DNA of 64,000 nucleotides from Escherichia virus ESCO5 (lineage: Duplodnaviria > Heunggongvirae > Uroviricota > Caudoviricetes). A program made the translations under genes and the position numbers. The stretch's first letter is position 1; the number at the start of each line of letters is the position of its first letter. Where the stretch lies: IMG/VR virus record IMGVR_UViG_2974610597_000001. One strand, 5' to 3'. Positions 57,088-64,000 of this stretch are shown one piece after another. The notes below the pieces were generated by a model. It was not told where the DNA came from, ran no database searches, and saw only the letters and a program-made list of their open reading frames with translations.

Positions 57088-57093
57088 AAAGTA

Positions 57094-57155
57094 TTGACAA
57101 CAAACAACAACCTGATAAGATGTATCACATAGGGCGGCGGAATGGTCCACCGCTC
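57094..57155 (+). promoter_or_regulatory. Promoter-hairpin cassette 2
   Basis: TTGACA - 16 nt - TAAGAT, then GTATCACATA and hairpin GGGCGGCGG...CCACCGCTC. Confidence 0.5.
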
Positions 57156-57178
57156 ACAACAGAAGAGAGATTATAATC

Positions 57179-57451
57179 ATGGCATCATATAGCGCAACAA
57201 TGATCGTAGCTGGCACCACTGGTAAACCTATGAGCGGTGGCGGATCTTTCGCAAATATCAACATTGACGGGCGTTTATCCCTGGACGCAGCGATCACCGT
57301 GGCGCGGGAAACATTTAAGAAAGAATGTAAATTCAATAAACAAGATTATCTCGGTTTTGCTATTGAAAAAACCGCGCGCTTTGTTGATTATAAAAGCCCG
57401 AAGATGGTTGATACTACACTAAAAGCGCAAGATGTAGCGTTTTTGCTTTAA
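57179..57451 (+). CDS. Small early-type protein
   Basis: 90-aa ORF after SD AGAGAGA. Confidence 0.4.
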   Translation: MASYSATMIVAGTTGKPMSGGGSFANINIDGRLSLDAAITVARETFKKECKFNKQDYLGFAIEKTARFVDYKSPKMVDTTLKAQDVAFLL

Positions 57452-57454
57452 GGC

Positions 57455-57510
57455 TTGACATTAACGAATAATTTGTTAATATGTTACATAAAGCGGGAAT
57501 AGTTCCCGCT
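57455..57510 (+). promoter_or_regulatory. Promoter-hairpin cassette 3
   Basis: TTGACA - 17 nt - TAATAT, hairpin AGCGGGAA-TAG-TTCCCGCT. Confidence 0.5.
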
Positions 57511-57527
57511 ATTTGTAAGGTGGTAGA

Positions 57528-57785
57528 ATGTTTTACATCAAATTAAAAGGTCACGTGATCGCGTTCAAAGATAACGCTTTTTACAGATTAGCAAAATATG
57601 CGTTAATACATCCCCACTATGTTTATATAAGGGGGCGTGATGAAATAAATATCTTTGATCAAACAACATGCGAGAACATCGAGATCCGCAAGGTTGGCGT
57701 ACGTGATTATCGTACATCTTTCTACCCTTGCAAGGATTCAGCAAGTCTTTTTAAAGTATGCCAATTGTTGAAAAAAGGTGGTTAA
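57528..57785 (+). CDS. Small early-type protein
   Basis: 85-aa ORF after SD AAGGTGG. Confidence 0.4.
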   Translation: MFYIKLKGHVIAFKDNAFYRLAKYALIHPHYVYIRGRDEINIFDQTTCENIEIRKVGVRDYRTSFYPCKDSASLFKVCQLLKKGG

Positions 57786-57786
57786 T

Positions 57787-58344
57787 ATGGGCCGCGAATA
57801 TGTGATCCAGTCTTGGGTAAAACATGAAGCAGATGATCCGCGCATCATTCCCGATCATCTTATCGATGAATCCACGGGATATAGCGGTGAGCAAATAGGT
57901 AACAGATTAGCACGTAGTAACGGCAACGTAAAAGCGCGTTATGTGCGCCCTGGCTGGCTGGCAAATGGTAACGCTGATTTATCCAGTGCGGAAGATGCGA
58001 GCGACGGCGCGAAAGATAATCCTTTGTACAAAGTTGATCCGGCTTTTCGTGTCCTGGATGAATACCCCAGCAAGATAGCGGCGCTCGATCAGGCCCTGGA
58101 AAGTCAGCGCATCACCTGGACCGCTTACAACATGGCAAAAAACGTACTTGATGGTAAATTGATTCAAGCTGAAAGAAAATTAGCCAAAATTGCAGCCATA
58201 GCCCAGGAGGAAGACGAGGAGACAACGGAAGAGGAAGAGTACGAAGAGATCCCGCCGTTGTTGTGTGTTGATGCTTTTCCTGATTATCAGCCGACAGAGG
58301 AAGAAAAAAGGATCGCACTAGAAAACTTTGAAAATAGTCTTTGA
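57787..58344 (+). CDS. Hypothetical protein with acidic C-terminal region
   Basis: Start refined to ATG 57787 (SD AAGGTGG); Glu-rich stretch QEEDEETTEEEEYEE. Confidence 0.4.
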   Translation: MGREYVIQSWVKHEADDPRIIPDHLIDESTGYSGEQIGNRLARSNGNVKARYVRPGWLANGNADLSSAEDASDGAKDNPLYKVDPAFRVLDEYPSKIAALDQALESQRITWTAYNMAKNVLDGKLIQAERKLAKIAAIAQEEDEETTEEEEYEEIPPLLCVDAFPDYQPTEEEKRIALENFENSL

Positions 58345-58399
58345 CATATCGCCGCCACTGGCATAATATTTACCACGTAGGGCGGCAATGGTGCCGCTC
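58341..58399 (+). promoter_or_regulatory. Promoter-hairpin cassette 4
   Basis: TTGACA - 17 nt - TAATAT + TTACCACGTA + GGGCGGCAATGGTGCCGCTC; near-identical to cassette 1. Confidence 0.55.
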
Positions 58400-58426
58400 A
58401 TAGTGAAATTATGCAAGAGGCTTACA

Positions 58427-58522
58427 ATGATTAATAAAGGAAATAGCTTGACGGTTGGAACGATTAACGCTATCATTCTCGCCGTTCCATTTTGGGTTGT
58501 AGTAGCGGCTATTATTTTCTAA
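58427..58522 (+). CDS. Small hydrophobic peptide (31 aa, missed by ORF track)
   Basis: Own cassette upstream, SD AGAGG; MINKGNSLTVGTINAIILAVPFWVVVAAIIF. Confidence 0.35.
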   Translation: MINKGNSLTVGTINAIILAVPFWVVVAAIIF

Positions 58523-58531
58523 AAAATATTC

Positions 58532-58591
58532 TTGACAACGTTTTTTAATCTGATAAGATGTATCACATAGGGCGGCGGAATACTTCCCCGC
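58532..58591 (+). promoter_or_regulatory. Promoter-hairpin cassette 5
   Basis: TTGACA - 16 nt - TAAGAT + GTATCACATA + GGGCGGCGGAATACTTCCCCGCC; spacer near-identical to cassette 2. Confidence 0.5.
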
Positions 58592-58613
58592 CAAAACAAA
58601 AAAGGGTAACACA

Positions 58614-58976
58614 ATGAGCAAGCAAATCAATACTATCATGTTAAACCTGGTATCCTTCCGCGATGATATGAAAAATTTACCACGTGAAACGGTTGATATT
58701 CATGTTTCAGCTTATCGCGCCCTTATTGACATGTTACCGCTAAAACGTGATCAACATGCCGCTAATATGATGCTTAATGCTATGCTTAAAAAAATGATTC
58801 AAACGGATCTCACTCTGGCGTATGAGTATCAAGGGCGCTTATATGCAACTTACAACAAGGCGGTACCTGGTCTGGGAAGTACCGAAGAGTTGCACGGCTT
58901 AAACCTGGATCAAAACACTTGGGATAGTATGCGCCGCGTTATGGTATGGGCCGAAAGCGGTAAAATTTACGAATAA
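58614..58976 (+). CDS. Small early-type protein
   Basis: 120-aa ORF after SD AAAGGG. Confidence 0.4.
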   Translation: MSKQINTIMLNLVSFRDDMKNLPRETVDIHVSAYRALIDMLPLKRDQHAANMMLNAMLKKMIQTDLTLAYEYQGRLYATYNKAVPGLGSTEELHGLNLDQNTWDSMRRVMVWAESGKIYE

Positions 58977-58982
58977 AAACGG

Positions 58983-59042
58983 TTGACACTGTTTAAAATT
59001 CTAGTATAGTTTACCACATAGGGCGGGAAGTGGTTTCCCGCC
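58983..59042 (+). promoter_or_regulatory. Promoter-hairpin cassette 6
   Basis: TTGACA - 17 nt - TATAGT + TTACCACATA + GGGCGGGAA-GTGGT-TTCCCGCC. Confidence 0.55.
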
Positions 59043-59064
59043 AACAATGAAAAAGGTTATCATC

Positions 59065-59430
59065 ATGGCTATTAATATTAATGTTTCCTCTTATGCTACC
59101 CTGGCTAACACGGCTAAAATTGAATTATCCAGCATTGAGGCGGTGCATATTAGCGCCCGTCGCTGGTTTCAACAGTCCTACGGTAACACATATTTTTCTT
59201 TAATGGTTGACGTTGAGATCGGCGGCAAACTGATTGAAGTGGTAAACGTGCCGTTCCAATATGGATACGGGGATCACTTTGACACTGTAGCAATGGAAGA
59301 ATTTAGCAAGGTTATTAATATGGAAGGTAAAGAGTTTTCACGCGGCGAGTATCTTTCCCGTTTTTGCCGTGACAATGGGATCACTGTATACAGTCATGCA
59401 AGCGATGTTAAACGTAAAAAAGATCTATAA
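59065..59430 (+). CDS. Small early-type protein
   Basis: Start set to ATG 59065 by analogy with 59851 gene (same AAAGGTTATCAT-ATGGCT context); ATG 59047 also possible. Confidence 0.4.
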   Translation: MAININVSSYATLANTAKIELSSIEAVHISARRWFQQSYGNTYFSLMVDVEIGGKLIEVVNVPFQYGYGDHFDTVAMEEFSKVINMEGKEFSRGEYLSRFCRDNGITVYSHASDVKRKKDL

Positions 59431-59436
59431 AAAGCA

Positions 59437-59496
59437 TTGACAGCACGAATAAAAAGAGTAAACTGTATTACATAGAGAGCGGGAACACTTCCCGCC
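59437..59496 (+). promoter_or_regulatory. Promoter-hairpin cassette 7
   Basis: TTGACA ... TAAACT/TATTAC, hairpin GAGCGGGAA-CAC-TTCCCGCC. Confidence 0.45.
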
Positions 59497-59519
59497 TCAC
59501 TGAAAAAGAGAGAAAAATC

Positions 59520-59759
59520 ATGGCTAAATCTAAAATTTACAACGGTCACAAAAACAAAACTCATTGGAATGTAAGCCTTTGGATCAACAACGATGAAGGT
59601 TTTTATAATCTTGCGCGTGAATTTATTGCAGCTAACACCAATAAGAATGACGCAGCGCGTGATATGATGTTATTTCTTGAAAGTATGGATCAAGATAAAA
59701 CGCCAGACGGTTACAAGTTCAGTAAAACTGCAATCCGTGCCGCTATGGTAGGAATGTAA
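59520..59759 (+). CDS. Small early-type protein
   Basis: 79-aa ORF after SD AAAGAGAGA. Confidence 0.4.
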   Translation: MAKSKIYNGHKNKTHWNVSLWINNDEGFYNLAREFIAANTNKNDAARDMMLFLESMDQDKTPDGYKFSKTAIRAAMVGM

Positions 59760-59768
59760 TAAAATAGC

Positions 59769-59829
59769 TTGACACTGATTTTTATTCTGGTATAGTTTAT
59801 CACATAGGGCGGGAAGTGGTTTCCCGCCA
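59769..59829 (+). promoter_or_regulatory. Promoter-hairpin cassette 8
   Basis: About 85 percent identical to cassette 6 over about 88 bp incl. GGGCGGGAAGTGGTTTCCCGCC. Confidence 0.55.
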
Positions 59830-59850
59830 AATCAAAGAAAGGTTATCATT

Positions 59851-60078
59851 ATGGCTATCGTTATTGTTCGCGTATCCGGCACGGTTGGAATCTCCCAGGT
59901 AGTAGCAGTTATCACCGAGAAGAAAGGGGATGATCTTCACTCTTCCTTGAATAGCTGGGCGGTCGCTAACTTCGGGCAATGGTCGAGCGTCGAGTACATC
60001 GAATCCTACCAGGTGCCGACGATTAGCCTAACCGATCTCAACGTTGATCGCTTGTTGTGCCTGGATGAATTAATCTGA
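59851..60078 (+). CDS. Small early-type protein
   Basis: 75-aa ORF. Confidence 0.4.
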   Translation: MAIVIVRVSGTVGISQVVAVITEKKGDDLHSSLNSWAVANFGQWSSVEYIESYQVPTISLTDLNVDRLLCLDELI

Positions 60079-60088
60079 AAAAAGATTA

Positions 60089-60146
60089 TTGACACCGGAA
60101 AGAAAAAGAGTAGAATATATTACATAGGGCGGCAATGGTGCCGCTC
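60089..60146 (+). promoter_or_regulatory. Promoter-hairpin cassette 9
   Basis: TTGACA - 17 nt - TAGAAT + hairpin GGGCGGCAATGGTGCCGCTC. Confidence 0.5.
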
Positions 60147-60167
60147 ACAACTAAAAGAGAAATCATC

Positions 60168-60362
60168 ATGGCGCTTAAAAAACTAACAAGCAATACTCGT
60201 TGGGATGAAATTGACGGGGAAGTATACATTTTCGCCCGTAAACCAGGTGATCAAAAATGGTCAAAGGCTTTTACTTGCCACCCTGCAACAATAGACCTGA
60301 TAAAAAGGGAAGGTTTACGTGAAGCGGTAGCAAGAAGTTTACTGATCCCTTATAAAAAATAG
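60168..60362 (+). CDS. Small early-type protein
   Basis: Start refined to ATG 60168 (SD AAAAGAGA). Confidence 0.4.
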   Translation: MALKKLTSNTRWDEIDGEVYIFARKPGDQKWSKAFTCHPATIDLIKREGLREAVARSLLIPYKK

Positions 60363-60363
60363 T

Positions 60364-60426
60364 TTGACAATATGCTGTTATCTGGTAAAGTGTACGACAT
60401 AGGGCGGGGCAATAAGGCAACGCCCA
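60364..60426 (+). promoter_or_regulatory. Promoter-hairpin cassette 10
   Basis: TTGACA - 17 nt - TAAAGT, hairpin GGGCGGGGCAATAAGGCAACGCCC. Confidence 0.45.
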
Positions 60427-60443
60427 TTAATGAGGGTAGAATC

Positions 60444-60548
60444 ATGTTAGAGAAAATTTTCACGGTTGTAATAGTTGGCCTGGCGTTATCGGTTGGATTG
60501 GTTGCAACTATGGCTAACATGATCCTATCTTCCCACGGTATTGGATAA
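60444..60548 (+). CDS. Small hydrophobic peptide (34 aa, missed by ORF track)
   Basis: SD GAGGGTAG then ATG 60444; MLEKIFTVVIVGLALSVGLVATMANMILSSHGIG. Confidence 0.35.
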   Translation: MLEKIFTVVIVGLALSVGLVATMANMILSSHGIG

Positions 60549-60558
60549 GGTGAATCAA

Positions 60559-60774
60559 ATGATCACGAATAAGACAGGTAAAACAGAATTTTTACGCGGC
60601 TTGCAAATAGGTAAACCTGAGATCTGGCATTGCACTAAATCCGCGCATAATGAAATGAAAGATTTTACCGCTACTTTACAACGTGTTAAAATATCTATCA
60701 CACAGAAAAAAGCCTTGTTAGTAGTAGAAAACGAGATCCCGCAAACTATTATTATTGTCGAGCGTACAGCATGA
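60559..60774 (+). CDS. Small early-type protein
   Basis: Start refined to ATG 60559 (SD TAAGGTGA); track start 60541 is a TTG codon. Confidence 0.35.
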   Translation: MITNKTGKTEFLRGLQIGKPEIWHCTKSAHNEMKDFTATLQRVKISITQKKALLVVENEIPQTIIIVERTA

Positions 60775-61157
60775 AAACAGAAATCATTATTGAAATCATC
60801 AACGGCTATAAAGAAGCCTTTATTTTTGCTGAATCAGCAAGGGATCATGAAGGTAATTTTATTGATAACTTAGACGATTATGATTTTTCTCCTAGCGCGG
60901 ACGAACGGATCGCCCAAGATGTAACAGCCTTTATTAATGCTAATCTTGCCGCTATCTCTGAGGCAATGAGCGACGGCGCAACAGCCAACCAGATCGGGAA
61001 TGATTTACATTTTACCCGTAACGGTCACGGCGTAGGCTTTTGGGATCGCCCTGAAATATACACCACTAACACGGCGAACCGCCTAACCAATGCAGCTAAG
61101 TTTATGCCGAACGTGTCGGCTTACATTGGTGAAGATAATTTGATTTATATTGAATAA
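60771..61157 (+). CDS. Hypothetical protein
   Basis: 128-aa ORF, ATGA overlap with previous gene. Confidence 0.4.
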   Translation: MKTEIIIEIINGYKEAFIFAESARDHEGNFIDNLDDYDFSPSADERIAQDVTAFINANLAAISEAMSDGATANQIGNDLHFTRNGHGVGFWDRPEIYTTNTANRLTNAAKFMPNVSAYIGEDNLIYIE

Positions 61158-61163
61158 AAAGTA

Positions 61164-61220
61164 TTGACACAGATCGCCAGTGTGCTAATATTTACCACGT
61201 AGGGCGGCAATGGTGCCGCC
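61164..61220 (+). promoter_or_regulatory. Promoter-hairpin cassette 11
   Basis: TTGACA - 17 nt - TAATAT + TTACCACGTA + GGGCGGCAATGGTGCCGCC. Confidence 0.55.
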
Positions 61221-61238
61221 GATAATGAGGAAAGTAAA

Positions 61239-61538
61239 ATGGAAACTATCGCTATTGTTACCGTAGAAAAACTGGTTGTTGGTGATGTATTCGCGTTAAT
61301 GGTGCCTAACAGCAGCAAGCTGGGCGCTTATGAAGTAATGGATCATAAAAATGAATCATTTGGCGACGGTTGCACAATGGCGGTAAAATCTTTAAAGGAT
61401 GGAATCATCCGCCAGGCTAACTGGCACAAAGGGAATCAAGTCGGTTTAATATCAGCTAATTTCTTGCCAGAAGAGCAAACGTTAGACCAACTATCAGGCG
61501 GTAAGACGTTAGCCGAACTACTGGAAACAGCGATCTAA
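61239..61538 (+). CDS. Small early-type protein
   Basis: 99-aa ORF after SD GAGGAAAG. Confidence 0.4.
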   Translation: METIAIVTVEKLVVGDVFALMVPNSSKLGAYEVMDHKNESFGDGCTMAVKSLKDGIIRQANWHKGNQVGLISANFLPEEQTLDQLSGGKTLAELLETAI

Positions 61539-61546
61539 TCAACAAA

Positions 61547-61562
61547 GGGGCGGCAACGCCCC
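61547..61562 (+). other. Promoter-less conserved GC hairpin (RNA structure or U-tract-less terminator)
   Basis: GGGGCGGCAACGCCCC perfect stem-loop right after stop codon. Confidence 0.4.
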
Positions 61563-61582
61563 ACATCAGAAAGGAAAAGATT

Positions 61583-61819
61583 ATGAGTATTGCAACAGTA
61601 TTAAACGCCGTTAAAACCGCTGAATCATCCGGCTTGCATGTTGAGCTTATAGATCAACCAGGTGGCGATCTCCTTGTCCAGGTTTACCCGCCGAAAGTAG
61701 GGGATGATTATTATTGGGCTTATTCTGATACGTTCGAACAAGTAGACACGAAAGCGATCACGGCTTTTATTTTAAAAACTATTGAAGAAAATAACTTTCA
61801 TCATAACATCAATCAATAA
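61583..61819 (+). CDS. Small early-type protein
   Basis: 78-aa ORF after SD AAAGGAAAAG. Confidence 0.4.
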   Translation: MSIATVLNAVKTAESSGLHVELIDQPGGDLLVQVYPPKVGDDYYWAYSDTFEQVDTKAITAFILKTIEENNFHHNINQ

Positions 61820-61828
61820 ACCATAAGC

Positions 61829-61844
61829 GGGGCGGTAACGCCCC
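61829..61844 (+). other. Promoter-less conserved GC hairpin, second copy
   Basis: GGGGCGGTAACGCCCC, one base different from 61547 copy. Confidence 0.4.
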
Positions 61845-61873
61845 ATTAAACGCAATAGGAAGAGGATAGACGC

Positions 61874-62164
61874 ATGAAAAAGATGATCGCAGTAGTTGCC
61901 CTGGTTGTTGGTATTAACGCGCCTGTACTGGCTAATGAGTTGCCAGAATCCATCACGCTAACCGATATCAACGCAATAAACCGGATCGGCGTTAATTATC
62001 GCCTATGCCTTGCCGCTAAAACTTTCCAGGACGGCACGACAGAATACCACGGATTCGAGGGTATCCGCTGCGGTGAGCTTGCACGCGACCTTAAGGAAGA
62101 TCCAGACCTTGAGGCCATACCGATGACCGTAAACGGTAAAGCTTACGTAAACCGCCAACAATGA
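61874..62164 (+). CDS. Secreted/periplasmic small protein
   Basis: 96 aa; signal peptide MKKMIAVVALVVGINAPVLA. Confidence 0.4.
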   Translation: MKKMIAVVALVVGINAPVLANELPESITLTDINAINRIGVNYRLCLAAKTFQDGTTEYHGFEGIRCGELARDLKEDPDLEAIPMTVNGKAYVNRQQ

Positions 62165-62295
62165 GAAAGGTAATCATCACAATGGGGATCGTAGTAGCAA
62201 CGCTGGCGCTTATCCCCTTCATGGTTGAACATGTGCTGATCAGTGTTGTCCTTGTAGTCAGTGACCTATTGGAAACGGTTGGCACCTGGTTTTAA
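62161..62295 (+). CDS. Small membrane peptide (44 aa, missed by ORF track)
   Basis: ATGA overlap with upstream stop; MRKVIITMGIVVATLALIPFMVEHVLISVVLVVSDLLETVGTWF. Confidence 0.35.
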   Translation: MRKVIITMGIVVATLALIPFMVEHVLISVVLVVSDLLETVGTWF

Positions 62296-62303
62296 GATAA
62301 TAA

Positions 62304-62331
62304 ATAGGGCTTGCAATAGTCCTATTTTTTG
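62304..62331 (+). terminator. Rho-independent terminator
   Basis: Hairpin TAGGGC-TTGCAATA-GTCCTA (one G-U pair) followed by TTTTTT. Confidence 0.5.
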
Positions 62332-62469
62332 TTATACTTATTGAACGGGCGGCACCTGGGAGCAGGGGAAGATAATCACCGGAAGACCCCGCTATATATT
62401 GATAACTAACGCCTATCAAACAACAAAACATCAAAGGAACAAACTATCAAATCTTTACAATTCTACCTA

Positions 62470-62528
62470 TTGACACCGGATCACGCTTACATTATTATTT
62501 ATCACGTAGGGCGGGAATGTTTCCCGCC
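62470..62528 (+). promoter_or_regulatory. Promoter-hairpin cassette 12
   Basis: TTGACA - 17 nt - TACATT/TATTAT + TTATCACGTA + GGGCGGGAATGTTTCCCGCC. Confidence 0.5.
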
Positions 62529-62546
62529 TGATTTAGGAGTCATATC

Positions 62547-62780
62547 ATGATCGAACAAATTAAAAGCACTAAACCAAATGTTAACGGTAATGTTTCTCAC
62601 TTTATCGGGGATAATGAAAGAGGTACACCGTACGCCGCCGTAACCGTTCAACCGAACGGGGATTATTGGTTTACCGTGTACGGATCTTACTCTTTTGGAC
62701 GTTCGGCACATGATAAGATCTTGCAAGTGGTTAAGCCTACTGGGAAGAATATCACAGCAGAAAAATTTTATAAAAAATAG
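62547..62780 (+). CDS. Small early-type protein
   Basis: 77-aa ORF after SD TAGGAG. Confidence 0.4.
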   Translation: MIEQIKSTKPNVNGNVSHFIGDNERGTPYAAVTVQPNGDYWFTVYGSYSFGRSAHDKILQVVKPTGKNITAEKFYKK

Positions 62781-62781
62781 C

Positions 62782-62842
62782 TTGCTTTATAGCTCCTGTT
62801 AACTTATAGTTATTGCGTAGGGCGAGCAATACAGCAAGCCCA
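62782..62842 (+). promoter_or_regulatory. Degenerate promoter-hairpin cassette 13
   Basis: TTGCTT ... TATAGT + TTATTGCGTA + GGGCGAGCAATACAGCAAGCCC. Confidence 0.35.
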
Positions 62843-62858
62843 CAAAGAGGAAAATAAA

Positions 62859-63227
62859 ATGAGCAAATCAGCAATTAAAGCACTTGAAAAAGCACAAGAA
62901 GTGATCGCAACGTCAACCACTGGCGCAAAGGTTAATCTCGTTTGTTATCTGACAGATGAAACTATCCGTAAAAATTGGCGTAATGCTGATTTACTGGCTT
63001 GCTTATTGATTAATAGTGTCGCTAATGCTTTCCAGTGTGAAACAGCCGAGAGCCTGGAGGAAAACTTGTTTGATAATATGGATCAAGCCATTGAAACCTA
63101 TATACAATCAAACCTGGATAGCTGGAACAGTAAAACATGGCCCGACAATTTACGCGATACAACTGATCAACTGATCCGCCTTGCCCTGATGGTTGAACGC
63201 GATAACGTTCACAACCGCACAAAGTAA
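62859..63227 (+). CDS. Hypothetical protein
   Basis: 122-aa ORF after SD AAAGAGGAAA. Confidence 0.4.
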   Translation: MSKSAIKALEKAQEVIATSTTGAKVNLVCYLTDETIRKNWRNADLLACLLINSVANAFQCETAESLEENLFDNMDQAIETYIQSNLDSWNSKTWPDNLRDTTDQLIRLALMVERDNVHNRTK

Positions 63228-63235
63228 GATTATAC

Positions 63236-63260
63236 AAGGGCGCACTAAGCGCCCTTTAAC
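63236..63260 (+). other. GC hairpin/weak terminator
   Basis: AAGGGCGCACTAAGCGCCCTT followed by TAACG; paralog of terminator at 63800. Confidence 0.35.
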
Positions 63261-63292
63261 GTAAAGAAATGTAAATAATGCGCTATCCCCTA

Positions 63293-63321
63293 TTGACAGG
63301 GGATCGGCGTTATATTATATT
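63293..63321 (+). promoter_or_regulatory. Sigma70-type promoter without downstream hairpin
   Basis: TTGACA - 17 nt - TATATT; -35 embedded in short palindrome CCCCTATTGACAGGGG. Confidence 0.4.
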
Positions 63322-63366
63322 TAACTCACTGGCAGCAAACAACGAAATGAAACAAAGGATAACAAC

Positions 63367-63786
63367 ATGAACATTAAATCAAATAATCCGGCTTACTCTT
63401 TCGATAATGCTTTTTGTCACGGGAGCGCCGCTAAAGGCTTCGAAATTGAGGGTAAGCTGGTTATTGTGAACGTTGACGGGGAAGAGGTTGCAGTATATCC
63501 GGCAAACGATGTTAAAAGCCGTCTACAATGCCGCATGGATGTTACCGCATATCAGCTTGATCCGATCCGTGTAGTTGCCCTGGTCCTGGAGGAAGAGATC
63601 AAAGCAATGCATCATAGCAATAAGTTTATTGGTGACGCGCAGGACAATATGAAAGTATGCCGCAGTAAAGTTAACGAAGCATTGAAAGAATACGGTTTTA
63701 AGGATCTGATGATTAAACGTGATGAAAAATTCCGCTTTCGTAATGACCTGGCGAACCGGATCTACTCAATCTATGAAGCGTTATAA
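63367..63786 (+). CDS. Hypothetical protein
   Basis: 139-aa ORF after SD AAAGGATAA. Confidence 0.4.
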   Translation: MNIKSNNPAYSFDNAFCHGSAAKGFEIEGKLVIVNVDGEEVAVYPANDVKSRLQCRMDVTAYQLDPIRVVALVLEEEIKAMHHSNKFIGDAQDNMKVCRSKVNEALKEYGFKDLMIKRDEKFRFRNDLANRIYSIYEAL

Positions 63787-63799
63787 TTGACAACAAAAC

Positions 63800-63828
63800 A
63801 AGGGCGCACCAAGCGCCCTTTCTTTTTG
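63800..63828 (+). terminator. Rho-independent terminator
   Basis: AGGGCGCACCAAGCGCCCT followed by TTCTTTTTG. Confidence 0.55.
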
Positions 63829-64000
63829 CCCGAACAATGTTGATAGATTCCGCCTATGAAAAACCGACACAGAACAAAATTGCATAATTTGCGCTATCGA
63901 GCTAATCAACCAGCAAACGAATAACCATACACCCCAGGGTTACAGGCTGTTAGAGAGCTATTTAGAGCGGTTAAAATCGATCAACAACCAACAACAAACA

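Noticed and set aside
1-64000. CRISPR array or integrase/prophage boundary
   Set aside because: No regularly spaced identical direct repeats with unique spacers; no tyrosine/serine recombinase motifs or att-like duplications. The promoter-hairpin array is periodic but each unit precedes a gene and sequences vary.

Overview
This window reads as a contiguous piece of a large virulent tailed-phage genome (no integrase, rRNA, CRISPR array or convincing tRNA seen), probably infecting a sigma70-using proteobacterium. Layout: (1) 1-13.7 kb, plus strand: a late structural module with several receptor-binding proteins (tail fiber with self-cleaving chaperone domain, beta-helix tailspike, collagen-like fiber, Big_2/BspA-LRR fiber). 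(2) 13.7-49.6 kb, minus strand: replication and nucleotide metabolism (SSB, family A DNA polymerase interrupted by a LAGLIDADG intein, adenine methyltransferase, T7-like primase-helicase, SF1 helicase, anaerobic RNR NrdD/NrdG), a four-gene glycosyltransferase cluster, a secreted SleB-like hydrolase, and a Ter-like (tellurite-resistance/stress) module: TerD, vWA TerY-like, TelA-like, TerC, plus a PRTase-like protein, HAD-like hydrolase and macro domain. (3) 49.7-55.6 kb, plus strand: small-gene operon with an AAA+ ATPase and a NADAR-domain protein. (4) 55.6-56.9 kb: noncoding region with direct repeats, a 4 x 29-bp iteron-like array and a GC-rich island. (5) 56.8-63.8 kb: about 20 small early-type genes, most behind their own TTGACA-N16/17-TAnnnT promoter followed by a conserved 5'-UTR GC hairpin (PeSL-like cassettes), with higher GC than the rest. 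Most interesting: the phage-borne Ter-like module, the promoter-hairpin cassette array (one copy also drives terC), the polymerase intein, and two ADP-ribose-processing domains (macro, NADAR). All calls rest on motif recognition by eye; no database search was run.
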